NCBI RefSeq assembly: GCF_036507355.1
Contig: NZ_AP027877.1
Strand: one strand, 5' to 3'
Length of the DNA stretch: 64,000 bases
From: Escherichia coli
GTDB taxonomy: Bacteria; Pseudomonadota; Gammaproteobacteria; Enterobacterales; Enterobacteriaceae
Shown: positions 21,564 through 31,683 of the stretch, piece by piece
Layout of the letters: every line of letters starts with the position of its first letter
How positions within the stretch are numbered: position 1 is the stretch's first letter
Notes under the pieces: model-generated
The model's database searches: none
Told to the model about the DNA's origin: nothing
What the model saw: only the letters and a program-made list of their open reading frames with translations
Made by a program: the position numbers and the translations under genes

Positions 21564-23234
21564 TTGCAATTTGACTACATCATTATTGGTGCCGGCTCAG
21601 CCGGCAACGTTCTCGCTACCCGTCTGACTGAAGATCCGAATACCTCCGTGCTGCTGCTTGAAGCGGGCGGCCCGGACTATCGCTTTGACTTCCGCACCCA
21701 GATGCCCGCTGCCCTGGCATTCCCGCTACAGGGTAAACGCTACAACTGGGCTTACGAGACGGAACCTGAACCGTTTATGAATAACCGTCGCATGGAGTGC
21801 GGACGCGGTAAAGGCCTGGGTGGATCGTCGCTGATCAACGGCATGTGCTACATCCGTGGCAACGCGATGGATCTCGACAACTGGGCAAAAGAACCCGGTC
21901 TGGAGAACTGGAGTTATCTCGATTGCCTGCCCTACTACCGCAAGGCCGAGACCCGCGACGTGGGCGAGAACGACTACCACGGCGGCGACGGCCCGGTGAG
22001 CGTCACCACCTCCAAACCCGGCGTCAATCCGCTGTTTGAAGCGATGATTGAAGCGGGCGTGCAGGCGGGCTACCCGCGCACGGACGATCTCAACGGTTAT
22101 CAGCAGGAAGGTTTCGGCCCGATGGATCGCACCGTCACGCCGCAGGGCCGCCGCGCCAGCACCGCGCGCAGTTATCTCGATCAGGCCAAATCGCGCCCAA
22201 ACCTGACCATTCGTACTCACGCCATGACCGATCACATTATTTTTGACGGTAAACGCGCGGTAGGCGTCGAGTGGCTGGAAGGCGACAGCACCATTCCGAC
22301 CCGCGCGACGGCGAACAAAGAAGTGCTGTTATGTGCAGGCGCGATTGCCTCACCGCAGATCCTGCAACGCTCTGGCGTCGGCAACGCTGAACTGTTGGCC
22401 GAGTTTGATATTCCGCTGGTGCATGATTTACCCGGCGTCGGTGAAAATCTTCAGGATCATCTGGAGATGTATCTGCAATATGAGTGCAAAGAACCGGTTT
22501 CCCTCTACCCTGCCCTGCAGTGGTGGAATCAGCCGAAAATCGGTGCGGAGTGGCTGTTTGGCGGCACCGGCGTTGGTGCCAGCAACCACTTTGAAGCAGG
22601 CGGATTTATTCGCAGCCGAGAGGAATTTGCGTGGCCGAATATTCAGTACCATTTCCTGCCAGTAGCGATTAACTATAACGGCTCGAATGCAGTGAAAGAG
22701 CACGGCTTCCAGTGCCACGTCGGATCGATGCGCTCGCCAAGCCGTGGGCATGTGCGGATTAAATCCCGCGACCCGCACCAGCATCCGGCGATTCTGTTTA
22801 ACTACATGTCGCACGAGCAGGACTGGCAGGAGTTCCGCGACGCAATTCGCATCACCCGCGAGATCATGCATCAACCGGCGCTGGATCAGTATCGTGGCCG
22901 CGAAATCAGCCCCGGCACGGAATGTCAGACGGATGAGCAGCTCGATGAGTTCGTGCGTAATCACGCCGAAACCGCCTTCCATCCGTGCGGTACCTGCAAA
23001 ATGGGCTACGACGAGATGTCCGTGGTTGACGGCGAAGGCCGCGTGCATGGGCTGGAAGGCCTACGCGTGGTGGATGCGTCAATTATGCCGCAGATTATCA
23101 CCGGCAATTTGAACGCCACGACAATTATGATTGGCGAGAAAATAGCGGACATGATTCGTGGACAGGAAGCGCTGCCAAGGAGCACGGCGGGATATTTTGT
23201 GGCAAATGGGATGCCGGTGAGAGCGAAAAAATGA
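21564..23234 (+). CDS. betA: Choline dehydrogenase, GMC oxidoreductase
   Basis: Probable TTG start at 21564, 6 bp after RBS aggagg; FAD motif [12 protein letters not shown]; 556 aa from this start. Confidence 0.9.
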   Translation: MQFDYIIIGAGSAGNVLATRLTEDPNTSVLLLEAGGPDYRFDFRTQMPAALAFPLQGKRYNWAYETEPEPFMNNRRMECGRGKGLGGSSLINGMCYIRGNAMDLDNWAKEPGLENWSYLDCLPYYRKAETRDVGENDYHGGDGPVSVTTSKPGVNPLFEAMIEAGVQAGYPRTDDLNGYQQEGFGPMDRTVTPQGRRASTARSYLDQAKSRPNLTIRTHAMTDHIIFDGKRAVGVEWLEGDSTIPTRATANKEVLLCAGAIASPQILQRSGVGNAELLAEFDIPLVHDLPGVGENLQDHLEMYLQYECKEPVSLYPALQWWNQPKIGAEWLFGGTGVGASNHFEAGGFIRSREEFAWPNIQYHFLPVAINYNGSNAVKEHGFQCHVGSMRSPSRGHVRIKSRDPHQHPAILFNYMSHEQDWQEFRDAIRITREIMHQPALDQYRGREISPGTECQTDEQLDEFVRNHAETAFHPCGTCKMGYDEMSVVDGEGRVHGLEGLRVVDASIMPQIITGNLNATTIMIGEKIADMIRGQEALPRSTAGYFVANGMPVRAKK

Positions 23235-24312
23235 GTCGTGATGTGAACTAACGCAGGAACCGATCAGATTGAGAGTTACCGTTCCAGAGAGGGGGGCTGA
23301 ATCCTTATATAAACACTGAGGTAACTCTCATGCTTCATAGTGACAACCTCGCCAGCAAATTCTAAGCGGACTCGTTCAATCTGGCTGATGAAGGTGCTAT
23401 GAATGCACTGATAAACCGCAGGTGAAATGCCACTCAGCTTAAGAATTACGCCGCTAGTGTTCCTGGCTATGGTGACTTGTTCACTCCCGCTCACGGTTAG
23501 CATATACGAAAAGGGTTCTTGAAACGAGGACAAAAATAAGTCAGACCAAAACAACGTGGAGCTTTAAACACGATTCGTATAATTTATTAGCAGTGATTTA
23601 TTTTTACTCTTCTTTAGTTAATCATCATGCTTAAATATTTTTTAGCACAAGATTATCGCTTCGCTAACATTTTAGTTTACATTGATTTCCAATTGATAAT
23701 AAAAAGTTGTTAATAAGTTTATGCGAAAAATAAAAATTGTTGAAATACTCTCCAGCAAACGAATGCAAAATAAACAAACTGAGGTTTACAAAAAAACAAA
23801 AGCTATTCAAAAGAACATTTTTAATTTATTAGCAGAGTTCATTAACAATGGTTTACTCACGACCAGAAAATTAAAGAACACCTTGCAATAATATGTATTT
23901 ATAAATTCATATCATTGATATTAAACTAATCTCACCTTCTACCTTATAATTTCACCAACCAAAAACAAAAGAAAAATCAATTAGATACACAATAAAGCGT
24001 TCTCGCAAGAAATAATGTCAAATATCTCAAACTAATAAAAACAACTAAAACATTAGACGTAACACACATCCCACACGACCTGTCGCTCATAGCTTTTATA
24101 TTTATTTTTTCACATCAATGTAGATAAAAACACGCATTAAAAATGATTTGTAGAAAAGCTGCACAATAAATAGTTCATATTTAATCTGTTGCGTAGAACT
24201 ACTATTCAAAAAATCTTATTAATGAGATAATGAGATTACATCGATAACGTTCTGATGGCAGGCATACTTATCTGGGTGTGCCTCTTTTTTTTACAACTGT
24301 ACACGGTGGCGT

Positions 24313-24717
24313 ATGACGAGAAAATATCTCACACAGGATGAAGTCTACAGGCTGATGGATGCAGCCCAGAGCATGTCCTTTCCTGAAAGAAATCGCTGTC
24401 TAATTATGATGGCTTTCATTCACGGTTTTAGGGCCAGTGAACTTCTTGATTTACGTTTATCCGATATTGATGCATCAGGAAAACAACTTAATATTCGGCG
24501 TATTAAAAATGGTTTCTCGACGACACATCCTCTTCTTCCTGATGAATATAATTTGATCAAGTTGTGGCTTAAGCAGAGGAAGTTAATTGAAAACGGAGTT
24601 GAAGGAGACTGGCTTTTTCTCTCCCGGAAACGCCGCCCTATCAGCAGACAACATTTTTTTTCTATCATTCGTGAGGCTGGAAAACGTGCAGGATTTGAAT
24701 CGCCACGGATAATCTAG
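24313..24717 (+). pseudogene. FimB/FimE-family tyrosine recombinase, N-terminal fragment
   Basis: 134 aa resembling the FimB N-terminal region (FIHGFRASEL, KNGFSTTHPLL, WLFLSRK); lacks the catalytic C-terminus and ends where the IS3-family fragment begins. Confidence 0.7.
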
Positions 24718-25287
24718 ACACTTCCGAGCCGTTGATAATACTGGTTTTCATATTCTGTCGGTGACATCTGATCGCTGGAACCATGCCGACGCTTACTGTT
24801 ATAAAACATTTCGATGTAATCAAAAATATCGCTGCGGGCTTCTTCCCGCGTTCCGTAGATCTTTTTCTTTATCCGTTCGCGTTTCAACAACTGGAAAAAG
24901 CTTTCTGCAACCGCATTATCATGGCAGTTACCGCGACGGCTCATGCTGCCATCCAGGCCGTGTGATTTCAGGAACGACTGCCACTCATGGCTTGTGTACT
25001 GACTGCCCTGATCCGAATGAACCAGCACCTGTTTTTGGGGATTACGGCGCCATACAGCCATCAGCAGTGCGTTCAGGACAATGTCCTTTGTCATCCGGGA
25101 TTGCATGGACCAGCCGATAATTTTGCGTGAGAACAGATCAACAACCACGGCAAGATACAGCCAGCCTTCGTGGGTCCTGATGTAGGTTATGTCCGTTACC
25201 CAACGCTTATCCGGAGCATCCGGATTGAACTGTCGCTGGAGCCTGTTGGGCGACACGATACTGGCCTCGCCTTTACGTGCCCGCGGG
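24700..25287 (-). mobile_element. IS3-family (IS911-like) fragment, 3' part of the transposase gene
   Basis: ORF 24714..25256 encodes the DDE-transposase core (WVTDITYIRTHEGWLYLAVVVDLFSRKIIGWSM, HSDQGSQYTS); orfA and the N-terminal part are missing; abuts the IS1 fragment. Confidence 0.75.
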
Positions 25288-25633
25288 CTCCGGTATGCGC
25301 GAGGTTACCGACTGCGGCCTGAGTTTTTTAAGTGACGTAAAATCGTGTTGAGGCCAACGCCCATAATGCGGGCTGTTGCCCGGCATCCAACGCCATTCAT
25401 GGCCATATCAATGATTTTCTGGTGCGTACCGGGTTGAGAAGCGGTGTAAGTGAACTGCAGTTGCCATGTTTTACGGCAGTGAGAGCAGAGATAGCGCTGA
25501 TGTCCGGCGGTGCTTTTGCCGTTACGCACCACCCCGTCAGTAGCTGAACAGGAGGGACAGCTGATAGAAACAGAAGCCACTGGAGCACCTCAAAAACACC
25601 ATCATACACTAAATCAGTAAGTTGGCAGCATCA
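25287..25633 (-). mobile_element. IS1 fragment (left inverted repeat plus insA only)
   Basis: IS1 left end ggtgatgctgccaacttactgat read on the minus strand ending at 25633; IS1 homology stops after ...cgcgcatac near 25287. Confidence 0.85.
25305..25580 (-). CDS. insA: IS1 InsA
   Basis: 91 aa [41 protein letters not shown]..., matching IS1 InsA as I recall it. Confidence 0.9.
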
Positions 25634-26272
25634 CCGCCATCTTAAATGACTCTGAGGTGTCTGTTAAACCCGTGGCGATTCAATTGCCTGCAAAAGGAAC
25701 AACTAAAAAGCTGGTTTAGTGCCGTGCGTAGCCTCAATAATCCTATTGCATCGGCCTATCTCCAAGTACTTTTGCTCACTGGTGCTCGGCGTGAAGAAAT
25801 TGCGTCGCTTCGCTGGTCAGACGTAGATTTCAAATGGTCAAGCATGCGAATTAAAGACAAGATCGAAGGTGAACGTATCATCCCTCTCACTCCTTATGTT
25901 TCTGAATTGTTAAATGTACTAGCGCAATCCCCAAATTCTGACGTAAATAAGGAGGGTTGGGTTTTCAGAAGTAACAGTAAAAGTGGCAAAATTATTGAGC
26001 CGCGTTCAGCGCACAACAGAGCGTTAGTGCTGGCTGAGTTACCACATATCAGCCTTCACGGTTTACGTCGTAGTTTTGGTACTTTGGCCGAGTGGGTTGA
26101 AGTTCCCACTGGTATTGTTGCTCAAATTATGGGACACAAACCCAGCGCTCTTGCCGAAAAACACTATCGCCGTCGTCCGTTAGATCTGTTACGAAAATGG
26201 CACGAGAAAATTGAGACATGGATCTTAAATGAAGCAGGTATTACCATAAAAAACAACGTTGATATGCGTTGA
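25634..26272 (+). pseudogene. intF: P4-type tyrosine integrase, C-terminal catalytic fragment
   Basis: About 210 aa with catalytic R (LLLTGARREEI), H-x-x-R (LHGLRRSF) and Y (EKHYRRR); N-terminal two-thirds replaced by IS1. Confidence 0.75.
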
Positions 26273-26388
26273 TTCCATTAAAAATCAACATATTACAAAA
26301 TATCATCAACTATTGAACAAGATAGATTTTCATGTATCGTAATACACAGTTTAGTCAATGATACAGCAACTACACAGGAGATAAGCCA

Positions 26389-26829
26389 ATGGCAACCACA
26401 GCAACTGTATCCATAGAACCCACTCTGGCAGCTATCAGAGCTCGCTGGTGTATTAATTCAAGTAAAACAACTCAATCCTTTAACGATCCTGCGTCCATGG
26501 AAGAGGTTGTCGAGTATCTCAAAGGAACATACTCAGCTCTTCGCAAGTCTGTCGCATGCGCCAAACTGAAAATTTTACATCTTAAACAAAGAATGCAAAA
26601 TGCTACTAACTTTCTCGCGCGTCTGATGTCATGTAAAAATCAGGCATCCAGATCGCATCACAGTACGGCTAAATCAGCTAAAAGTGCCTTATCATCAGAT
26701 TCAGGTGATGGTAGTGACCCCGACCCCGAGCCCGAAACGTTTCCTTCTGCCTTCATTACTACCCCTACTAATTCAATAATGCTTAAAGCTTTCTTTGCCA
26801 ATATCTCAATCACTGAGGTGGCAAAATGA
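26389..26829 (+). CDS. yagN: Hypothetical island protein
   Basis: 146 aa; Ser/Asp-rich low-complexity stretch; length and position match K-12 YagN. Confidence 0.55.
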   Translation: MATTATVSIEPTLAAIRARWCINSSKTTQSFNDPASMEEVVEYLKGTYSALRKSVACAKLKILHLKQRMQNATNFLARLMSCKNQASRSHHSTAKSAKSALSSDSGDGSDPDPEPETFPSAFITTPTNSIMLKAFFANISITEVAK

Positions 26830-27050
26830 GCGCATTCAAACTCCCGGATACATCTCAATCACAGCTCATTTCAACAGCTGAGTTAGCTAAAATCATTAGC
26901 TACAAATCTCAAACCATTCGTAAATGGCTTTGTCAGGACAAATTGCCTGAGGGGCTACCTCGCCCAAAACAAATCAATGGCCGCCATTACTGGTTACGTA
27001 AAGATGTCCTTGATTTTATAGATACATTTTCTGTACGAGAAAGTCTGTAA
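26826..27050 (+). CDS. AlpA-family phage/island transcriptional regulator
   Basis: 74 aa with HTH (LISTAELAKIISYKSQTIRKWL) followed by an AlpA-like tail; start overlaps yagN stop (ATGA). Confidence 0.5.
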   Translation: MSAFKLPDTSQSQLISTAELAKIISYKSQTIRKWLCQDKLPEGLPRPKQINGRHYWLRKDVLDFIDTFSVRESL

Positions 27051-27168
27051 TAAATTACAGATTTAATTTTATTGATTTATAGCGATGTTGCCCCGAGAAA
27101 AATGGGGCAACACTGAGAAATTTCAGATAGTAGTTTTATATTGAGATAACAAAGAGGTTTCCTTAAAA

Positions 27169-28023
27169 ATGTCTAATAGTGTTACTAATTTTGAGATGAG
27201 CAGCGTTCTACCAGGAAAAAAACCTTGTCAAGGCAAAAACAATGAGTCACAGGTAGTACAGACTACTCCCATAAAAAAACACTCAGTCACGTTCAAAAAT
27301 CAATCTTCATTAGGAGTAATTGATCATTATGCCAGACTAACAAATAAATCTCACTCTTCCGTAATAGCGGAAGTTGTGGATTTGGCTATCCCTATATTAG
27401 AAAAATGCAATCGTCATAACTGGTCAATAAATGAAATAAAAAATGATCTGTTAAAGTTCTCTATAAAAGAAAGCATCAATCGAAGCCGAGGTAAAACAGA
27501 AGTAACTCTGGAAGAGTACTGTTCGTTAATCTGGAAAACGAACATCATGAGTCCATTAAAAATCCCCATTGCAGATTACTTTCAACTGAACGCTAATGAT
27601 GAATTCATGGGGAAAGATGAAAAAACAGTTATACGTGAAAGGCTATCCTCGCTAAGGGAAAATTACGATATGGAAAAAGCCATTTACATTTACAATCAAA
27701 GACATTTTGATGTAAAGCATCAAAGTGTCTCAGGATATTCAAACATTATTCTTATTCATAGAACAACCTTTGAGGGTTATTACTTTGATGCCGGGCAGGC
27801 TCTACTCTTGTCAACATCCCAATTGATTATATTCGGGATAAATGAAGTTCTTAGAAGAAAGGGGATTGTTATGCCTTATCCGGTTGTTTGTTGGATTGAT
27901 ATTTACCATGTCAATGAAATGGTGGTTATGCTGCCAGTGCTCCGCAAAACAGATGTTTCCAACCGTGTTAATGTACCGGATGACATCATTATAAACCCAT
28001 ACTCACAAGAGAGCAGAACCTAA
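27169..28023 (+). CDS. yagM: Hypothetical protein, possible N-terminal ribbon-helix-helix
   Basis: 284 aa; length and context match K-12 YagM; RHH assignment is tentative. Confidence 0.55.
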   Translation: MSNSVTNFEMSSVLPGKKPCQGKNNESQVVQTTPIKKHSVTFKNQSSLGVIDHYARLTNKSHSSVIAEVVDLAIPILEKCNRHNWSINEIKNDLLKFSIKESINRSRGKTEVTLEEYCSLIWKTNIMSPLKIPIADYFQLNANDEFMGKDEKTVIRERLSSLRENYDMEKAIYIYNQRHFDVKHQSVSGYSNIILIHRTTFEGYYFDAGQALLLSTSQLIIFGINEVLRRKGIVMPYPVVCWIDIYHVNEMVVMLPVLRKTDVSNRVNVPDDIIINPYSQESRT

Positions 28024-28049
28024 GAGGTAACAAAGAAGGACAAACAATT

Positions 28050-28748
28050 ATGAGAGGTAAAATACTACTTTACCAGTTAAAGTATCGCTGGCAATCACTC
28101 TCTATTTTTGGTTGTTTTTTATGCAAAATGACATTATTCAGGTATCAAAAAATAATTTATGACACCGGAGTGCATCAGATGCGTTCATTTTTTTACACCA
28201 TATGCAGTAGCGAACAGCAAGAAAGCATTACAGATCATCACTCACTTGCTGAGATATGCCAAAAATTTAATATTCTATCTGAACATGTTGTGATCGAGCG
28301 GGTAGATATTAAAGAGGTTGTTTCAGAGCAACGTTTACTCAGACAATTGATTCATCATGAAATGAACCGGCAGGACACGCTTGTAATTCCAGATCTAAGC
28401 TGTCTTGGCAGAACTGTGGAGGATTTACAGAATATTTTATTTTTTTGCCTTCAAAAAGAAATATTTATCTACAGCTACCATCCAGCTTCAAGGATAGAGC
28501 CTTCTGCTGAAAGTTGCTTGTCTTTTTTGATTGCTCGTCAGGATACGATTGACATTCACAATCTGAAATCAACTAAAAGCCGATATCGACATGTTAAGAA
28601 GAAATTAGGACGAAAGGAGGGAAGCAAATACCGACGTGATATCACAATACTTAAGAAAGGTGGATTTACTCAGGCTGAGATTGCAAAGAAATTGAGTATC
28701 AGTTTATCGACTGTGAAGCGGCACTGGAATAACGGAATCATCGGTTAA
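28050..28748 (+). CDS. yagL: Serine-recombinase (resolvase)-like protein with C-terminal HTH
   Basis: 232 aa; YTICSSEQQ aligns with the resolvase YARVST..Q active-site region; C-terminal HTH GGFTQAEIAKKLSISLSTVKRH. Confidence 0.6.
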   Translation: MRGKILLYQLKYRWQSLSIFGCFLCKMTLFRYQKIIYDTGVHQMRSFFYTICSSEQQESITDHHSLAEICQKFNILSEHVVIERVDIKEVVSEQRLLRQLIHHEMNRQDTLVIPDLSCLGRTVEDLQNILFFCLQKEIFIYSYHPASRIEPSAESCLSFLIARQDTIDIHNLKSTKSRYRHVKKKLGRKEGSKYRRDITILKKGGFTQAEIAKKLSISLSTVKRHWNNGIIG

Positions 28749-29027
28749 TTCCAGAAGCTAATTGCAGAGTAACTTTTTAACAGCCATCACAGGCTGGGGC
28801 TACCTTCGTCTCAAATTTAGATGTTGGATAGGTATTATATAATGATATAATGGCATTGTGTACTCTTACTACCTGTATTCACCAGTAAGAGTAGTAATCA
28901 GATCAGTATGTCCGTACTAAAATCTGATACCAGTATATACCGACAACAGTGACCAGGAATAGCCCTGCCTGTATGGCATCCCTGTACGGTCTGCTATAGA
29001 CCGTAGGACCAAATACAGGTATATATT

Positions 29028-29654
29028 ATGAAAACATATCAAGGTACTCATGGAGTACATATCCTCGAATATCAGAGTAAGATTAATAAATTATTATGTT
29101 ATTTGACTAACCGGTATCCTAGGTTAATTGCTGTACGTGTCGATCTCCACTATCCCAAAATAGTTGATAACGGTGACAATATCTGTTGCTTCCCTAACCT
29201 GGAACCTGGGGTGATATCCCGGATGCGTGAATCCCTCAGAGCTAAGCTGGAGGCTGACCGTACCCGTAAGGTGCGTGAGGATAAACGCATTTACCGTTGC
29301 CCTTTATTTATTATATGGGCGAAAGAGTATTCTGAATCAGGTAAATGCCACTATCACATTTGCCTGTTGTTCAACAAAGACGCTTACTACCACCTCGGGG
29401 ATTACGATCAGGACGATAACCTTAGAGGGATGATCACAGGAGCCTGGTACAGCGCCCTGAGACTGGAGAGAGACGATCACCCTGGTCTGGTCCATTTTCC
29501 TGAAAACTGTAAGTATGTGCTAGACACCAATAGTACTGACTTCCAGCAGAACTACCAGGCGCTGTTAACCCGACTGGACTACCTGACCAAAGTTGAAAGC
29601 AAAGTGTTTGGTGAAGGAGACCGTAACTTCGGCTGTAGCCAAATCGAACTGTAA
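29028..29654 (+). CDS. yagK: YagK/YfjJ-family protein
   Basis: 208 aa; family recalled as related to the inovirus Gp2 replication-initiator domain. Confidence 0.65.
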   Translation: MKTYQGTHGVHILEYQSKINKLLCYLTNRYPRLIAVRVDLHYPKIVDNGDNICCFPNLEPGVISRMRESLRAKLEADRTRKVREDKRIYRCPLFIIWAKEYSESGKCHYHICLLFNKDAYYHLGDYDQDDNLRGMITGAWYSALRLERDDHPGLVHFPENCKYVLDTNSTDFQQNYQALLTRLDYLTKVESKVFGEGDRNFGCSQIEL

Positions 29655-29744
29655 GTCGGTAATGGCCTTCTCAGTGAGAAGGCCTTAGTTGTATTGTTTC
29701 AAAAAATTACTAAAATGCAGTTTCGTTACGCAATTTTCTATAGA

Positions 29745-30476
29745 TTACTGATAGTCATCAGCAAGTCCGCTACTAAATAACGTTTCTGCATTTTCAGCGG
29801 TAGCAACAGCATCCTGCACATCCTGCCGTTTCAAATCTAACACTCGTAATTTACCCTTTACTTCGGCGACAGATTCGATTCGCCTGTAAGCATCAGAATG
29901 ATGTTCGGCATATAGCGCAAGTCCTTCCAGTTTGGGCAAAGCATCAGCCAGATGTAGGCTATGTGGATCTACCAGGTCCACAACCATTTTGCCATCCTGT
30001 TCGGCAAAGAACAGGAAATCGGGACGAACAATCTTGTACTGTTCAGCTTCAACATAAGCGATTCCCAGTGACGACTGCCCTGTGTACTGTGGATTACGAT
30101 ACCAGAAAGCAAATCCTTCACGTTTGGTTTCGATCTCAAAAACCTTGGTTTCCCAATGGTTCAACAGAGCCGGATAGTTCCCGCTTTCGTCACACAACAA
30201 ATGGTGTTTCCAGACTGGAAGGTCAGCTTCCTTTTCACCTTCACGCACCCTGGTCATTTCAAACTTGTTCGCCGGCCTGACCAGATCCACATCCTGCGGT
30301 TCGGTACTCATTTCGACGATTTGACGATAGGCCTCTTTACGCTCATCTTTCAACGACTTGATTTGCGGTGTGTACTCGGCCAGCCACGCCTTCGCCAGTC
30401 TATCGGCCTCGCCATCGAAGTAATCCTGCCCCTCCATCACCAGCCCCATGCCAGCAACGGTAACACGAGCCTCCAT
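29745..30476 (-). pseudogene. yagJ: 3' remnant of a larger gene truncated by IS1, possible nuclease-like C-terminal domain
   Basis: Open frame continues without a stop up to the IS1 end at 30574; the ORF-track N-terminal 100 aa is antisense IS1 sequence; 243-aa reading from MEARVTV. Confidence 0.55.
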
Positions 30477-30629
30477 GATTGCTTCCAGATATTCCTCTGC
30501 ATCCTCTTCTCGATCCGCAACCTTATCGGCCAGATATTCGACATAGGTACGTGAAACATCCGGGCTGAAAATTCGGTGATGCTGCCAACTTACTGATTTA
30601 GTGTATGATGGTGTTTTTAAGGTGCTTGC

Positions 30630-30905
30630 GTGGCTTCCATTTCCATCAGATGTCCTTCCTGCTCCGCTACTGAAGGCGTGGTGCGTAACGGCAAAAGCAC
30701 TGCCGGACATCAGCGCTATCTCTGCTCTCATTGCCGTAAAACATGGCAACTGCAGTTCACTTACACCGCCTCTCAGCCCGGTACGCACCAGAAAATCATT
30801 GATATGGCCATGAATGGCGTCGGATGTCGCGCCAGTGCACGCATTATGGGCGTTGGCCTCAACACGATTTTCCGCCATTTAAAAAACTCAGGCCGCAGTC
30901 GGTAA
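30630..30905 (+). CDS. insA: IS1 InsA (variant isoform)
   Basis: 91 aa [22 protein letters not shown]...; differs at a few residues from the copy at 25305..25580. Confidence 0.9.
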   Translation: MASISIRCPSCSATEGVVRNGKSTAGHQRYLCSHCRKTWQLQFTYTASQPGTHQKIIDMAMNGVGCRASARIMGVGLNTIFRHLKNSGRSR

Positions 30906-31319
30906 CCTCGCGCATACAGCCGGGCAGTGATGTGATTGTCTGCGCTGAAATGGACGAACATTGGGGCTACGTCGGTGCTAAATCACGTCAGCGCTGGCTG
31001 TTTTACGCGTATGACAGGCTCCGGAAGACGGTTGTGGCGCACGTCTTCGGTGAACGCACTCTGGCCACACTGGAGCGTCTTCTGAGCCTGCTGTCGGCCT
31101 TTGAGGTCGTGGTATGGGACGGATGGCTGGCCGCTGTATGAATCACGCCTGAAGGGAAAGCTGCACGTTATCAGCAAGCGTTACACTCAGCGCATTGAGC
31201 GACATAATCTGAGACAACATCTGGCAAGGCTGGGACGGAAGTCACTGTCGTTCTCAAAATCGGTGGAGCTGCATGACAAGGTCATCGGGCATTATCTGAA
31301 CATAAAACACTATCAGTAA
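30824..31319 (+). pseudogene. insB: IS1 insB, disrupted by an internal frameshift
   Basis: InsB homology is split between ORFs 30824..31141 and 31101..31319; break around ...[12 protein letters not shown]. Confidence 0.7.
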
Positions 31320-31334
31320 GTTAGAGTCATTACC

Positions 31335-31683
31335 GGGCCAAATCGATAAATCGCTCGATGAAGCCTCACTCAGCCTGCGCGCCGGTTCCCTGCGTACCAT
31401 TACGCACATCCTGCTGCCGCTGCTGCGCCCGGCGATCCTCTCGGCGCTGATTTACAGCTTTGTGCGCGCCATTACCACCGTCAGCGCCATTGTGTTCCTC
31501 GTCACGCCGGATACCCGCGTAGCGACGGCTTACATCCTCAACCGCGTGGAAGATGGCGAATACGGTGTAGCGATTGCCTACGGTTCCATTCTGATCGTGG
31601 TGATGCTGGCGATTATTTTCATCTTTGACTGGCTGATCGGTGAATCACGTACCTCCCGTTCAAAAGCCAAAAACCAGGCGTAA
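31335..31683 (+). pseudogene. afuB: ABC transporter permease, 3' fragment
   Basis: Frame beginning right at the IS1 end encodes GQIDKSLDEASLSLRAGSLRTITHILLPLLRPAIL...; N-terminal part removed by IS1. Confidence 0.7.

Larger units (their letters stand above)
30575..31334 (+). mobile_element. IS1 element, essentially full length, without a target-site duplication
   Basis: Left end ggtgatgctgccaacttactgat at 30575 and right end ...agagtcattacc at 31334; 9-bp flanks differ (tgaaaattc vs gggccaaat). Confidence 0.9.

Noticed and set aside
20846..23048. Long antisense ORFs inside betB and betA (20846..21451, 21726..22235, 22428..23048)
   Set aside because: They overlap well-supported genes on the opposite strand and have no start or RBS context.
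23276..23554. 92-aa ORF just downstream of betA (minus strand)
   Set aside because: No recognisable domain or RBS; not reported as a gene.
30477..30878. N-terminal extension of ORF 29745..30878 ([16 protein letters not shown]...)
   Set aside because: This part is antisense to IS1 insA; the same peptide recurs at 43949..44299 opposite the other IS1 copy.
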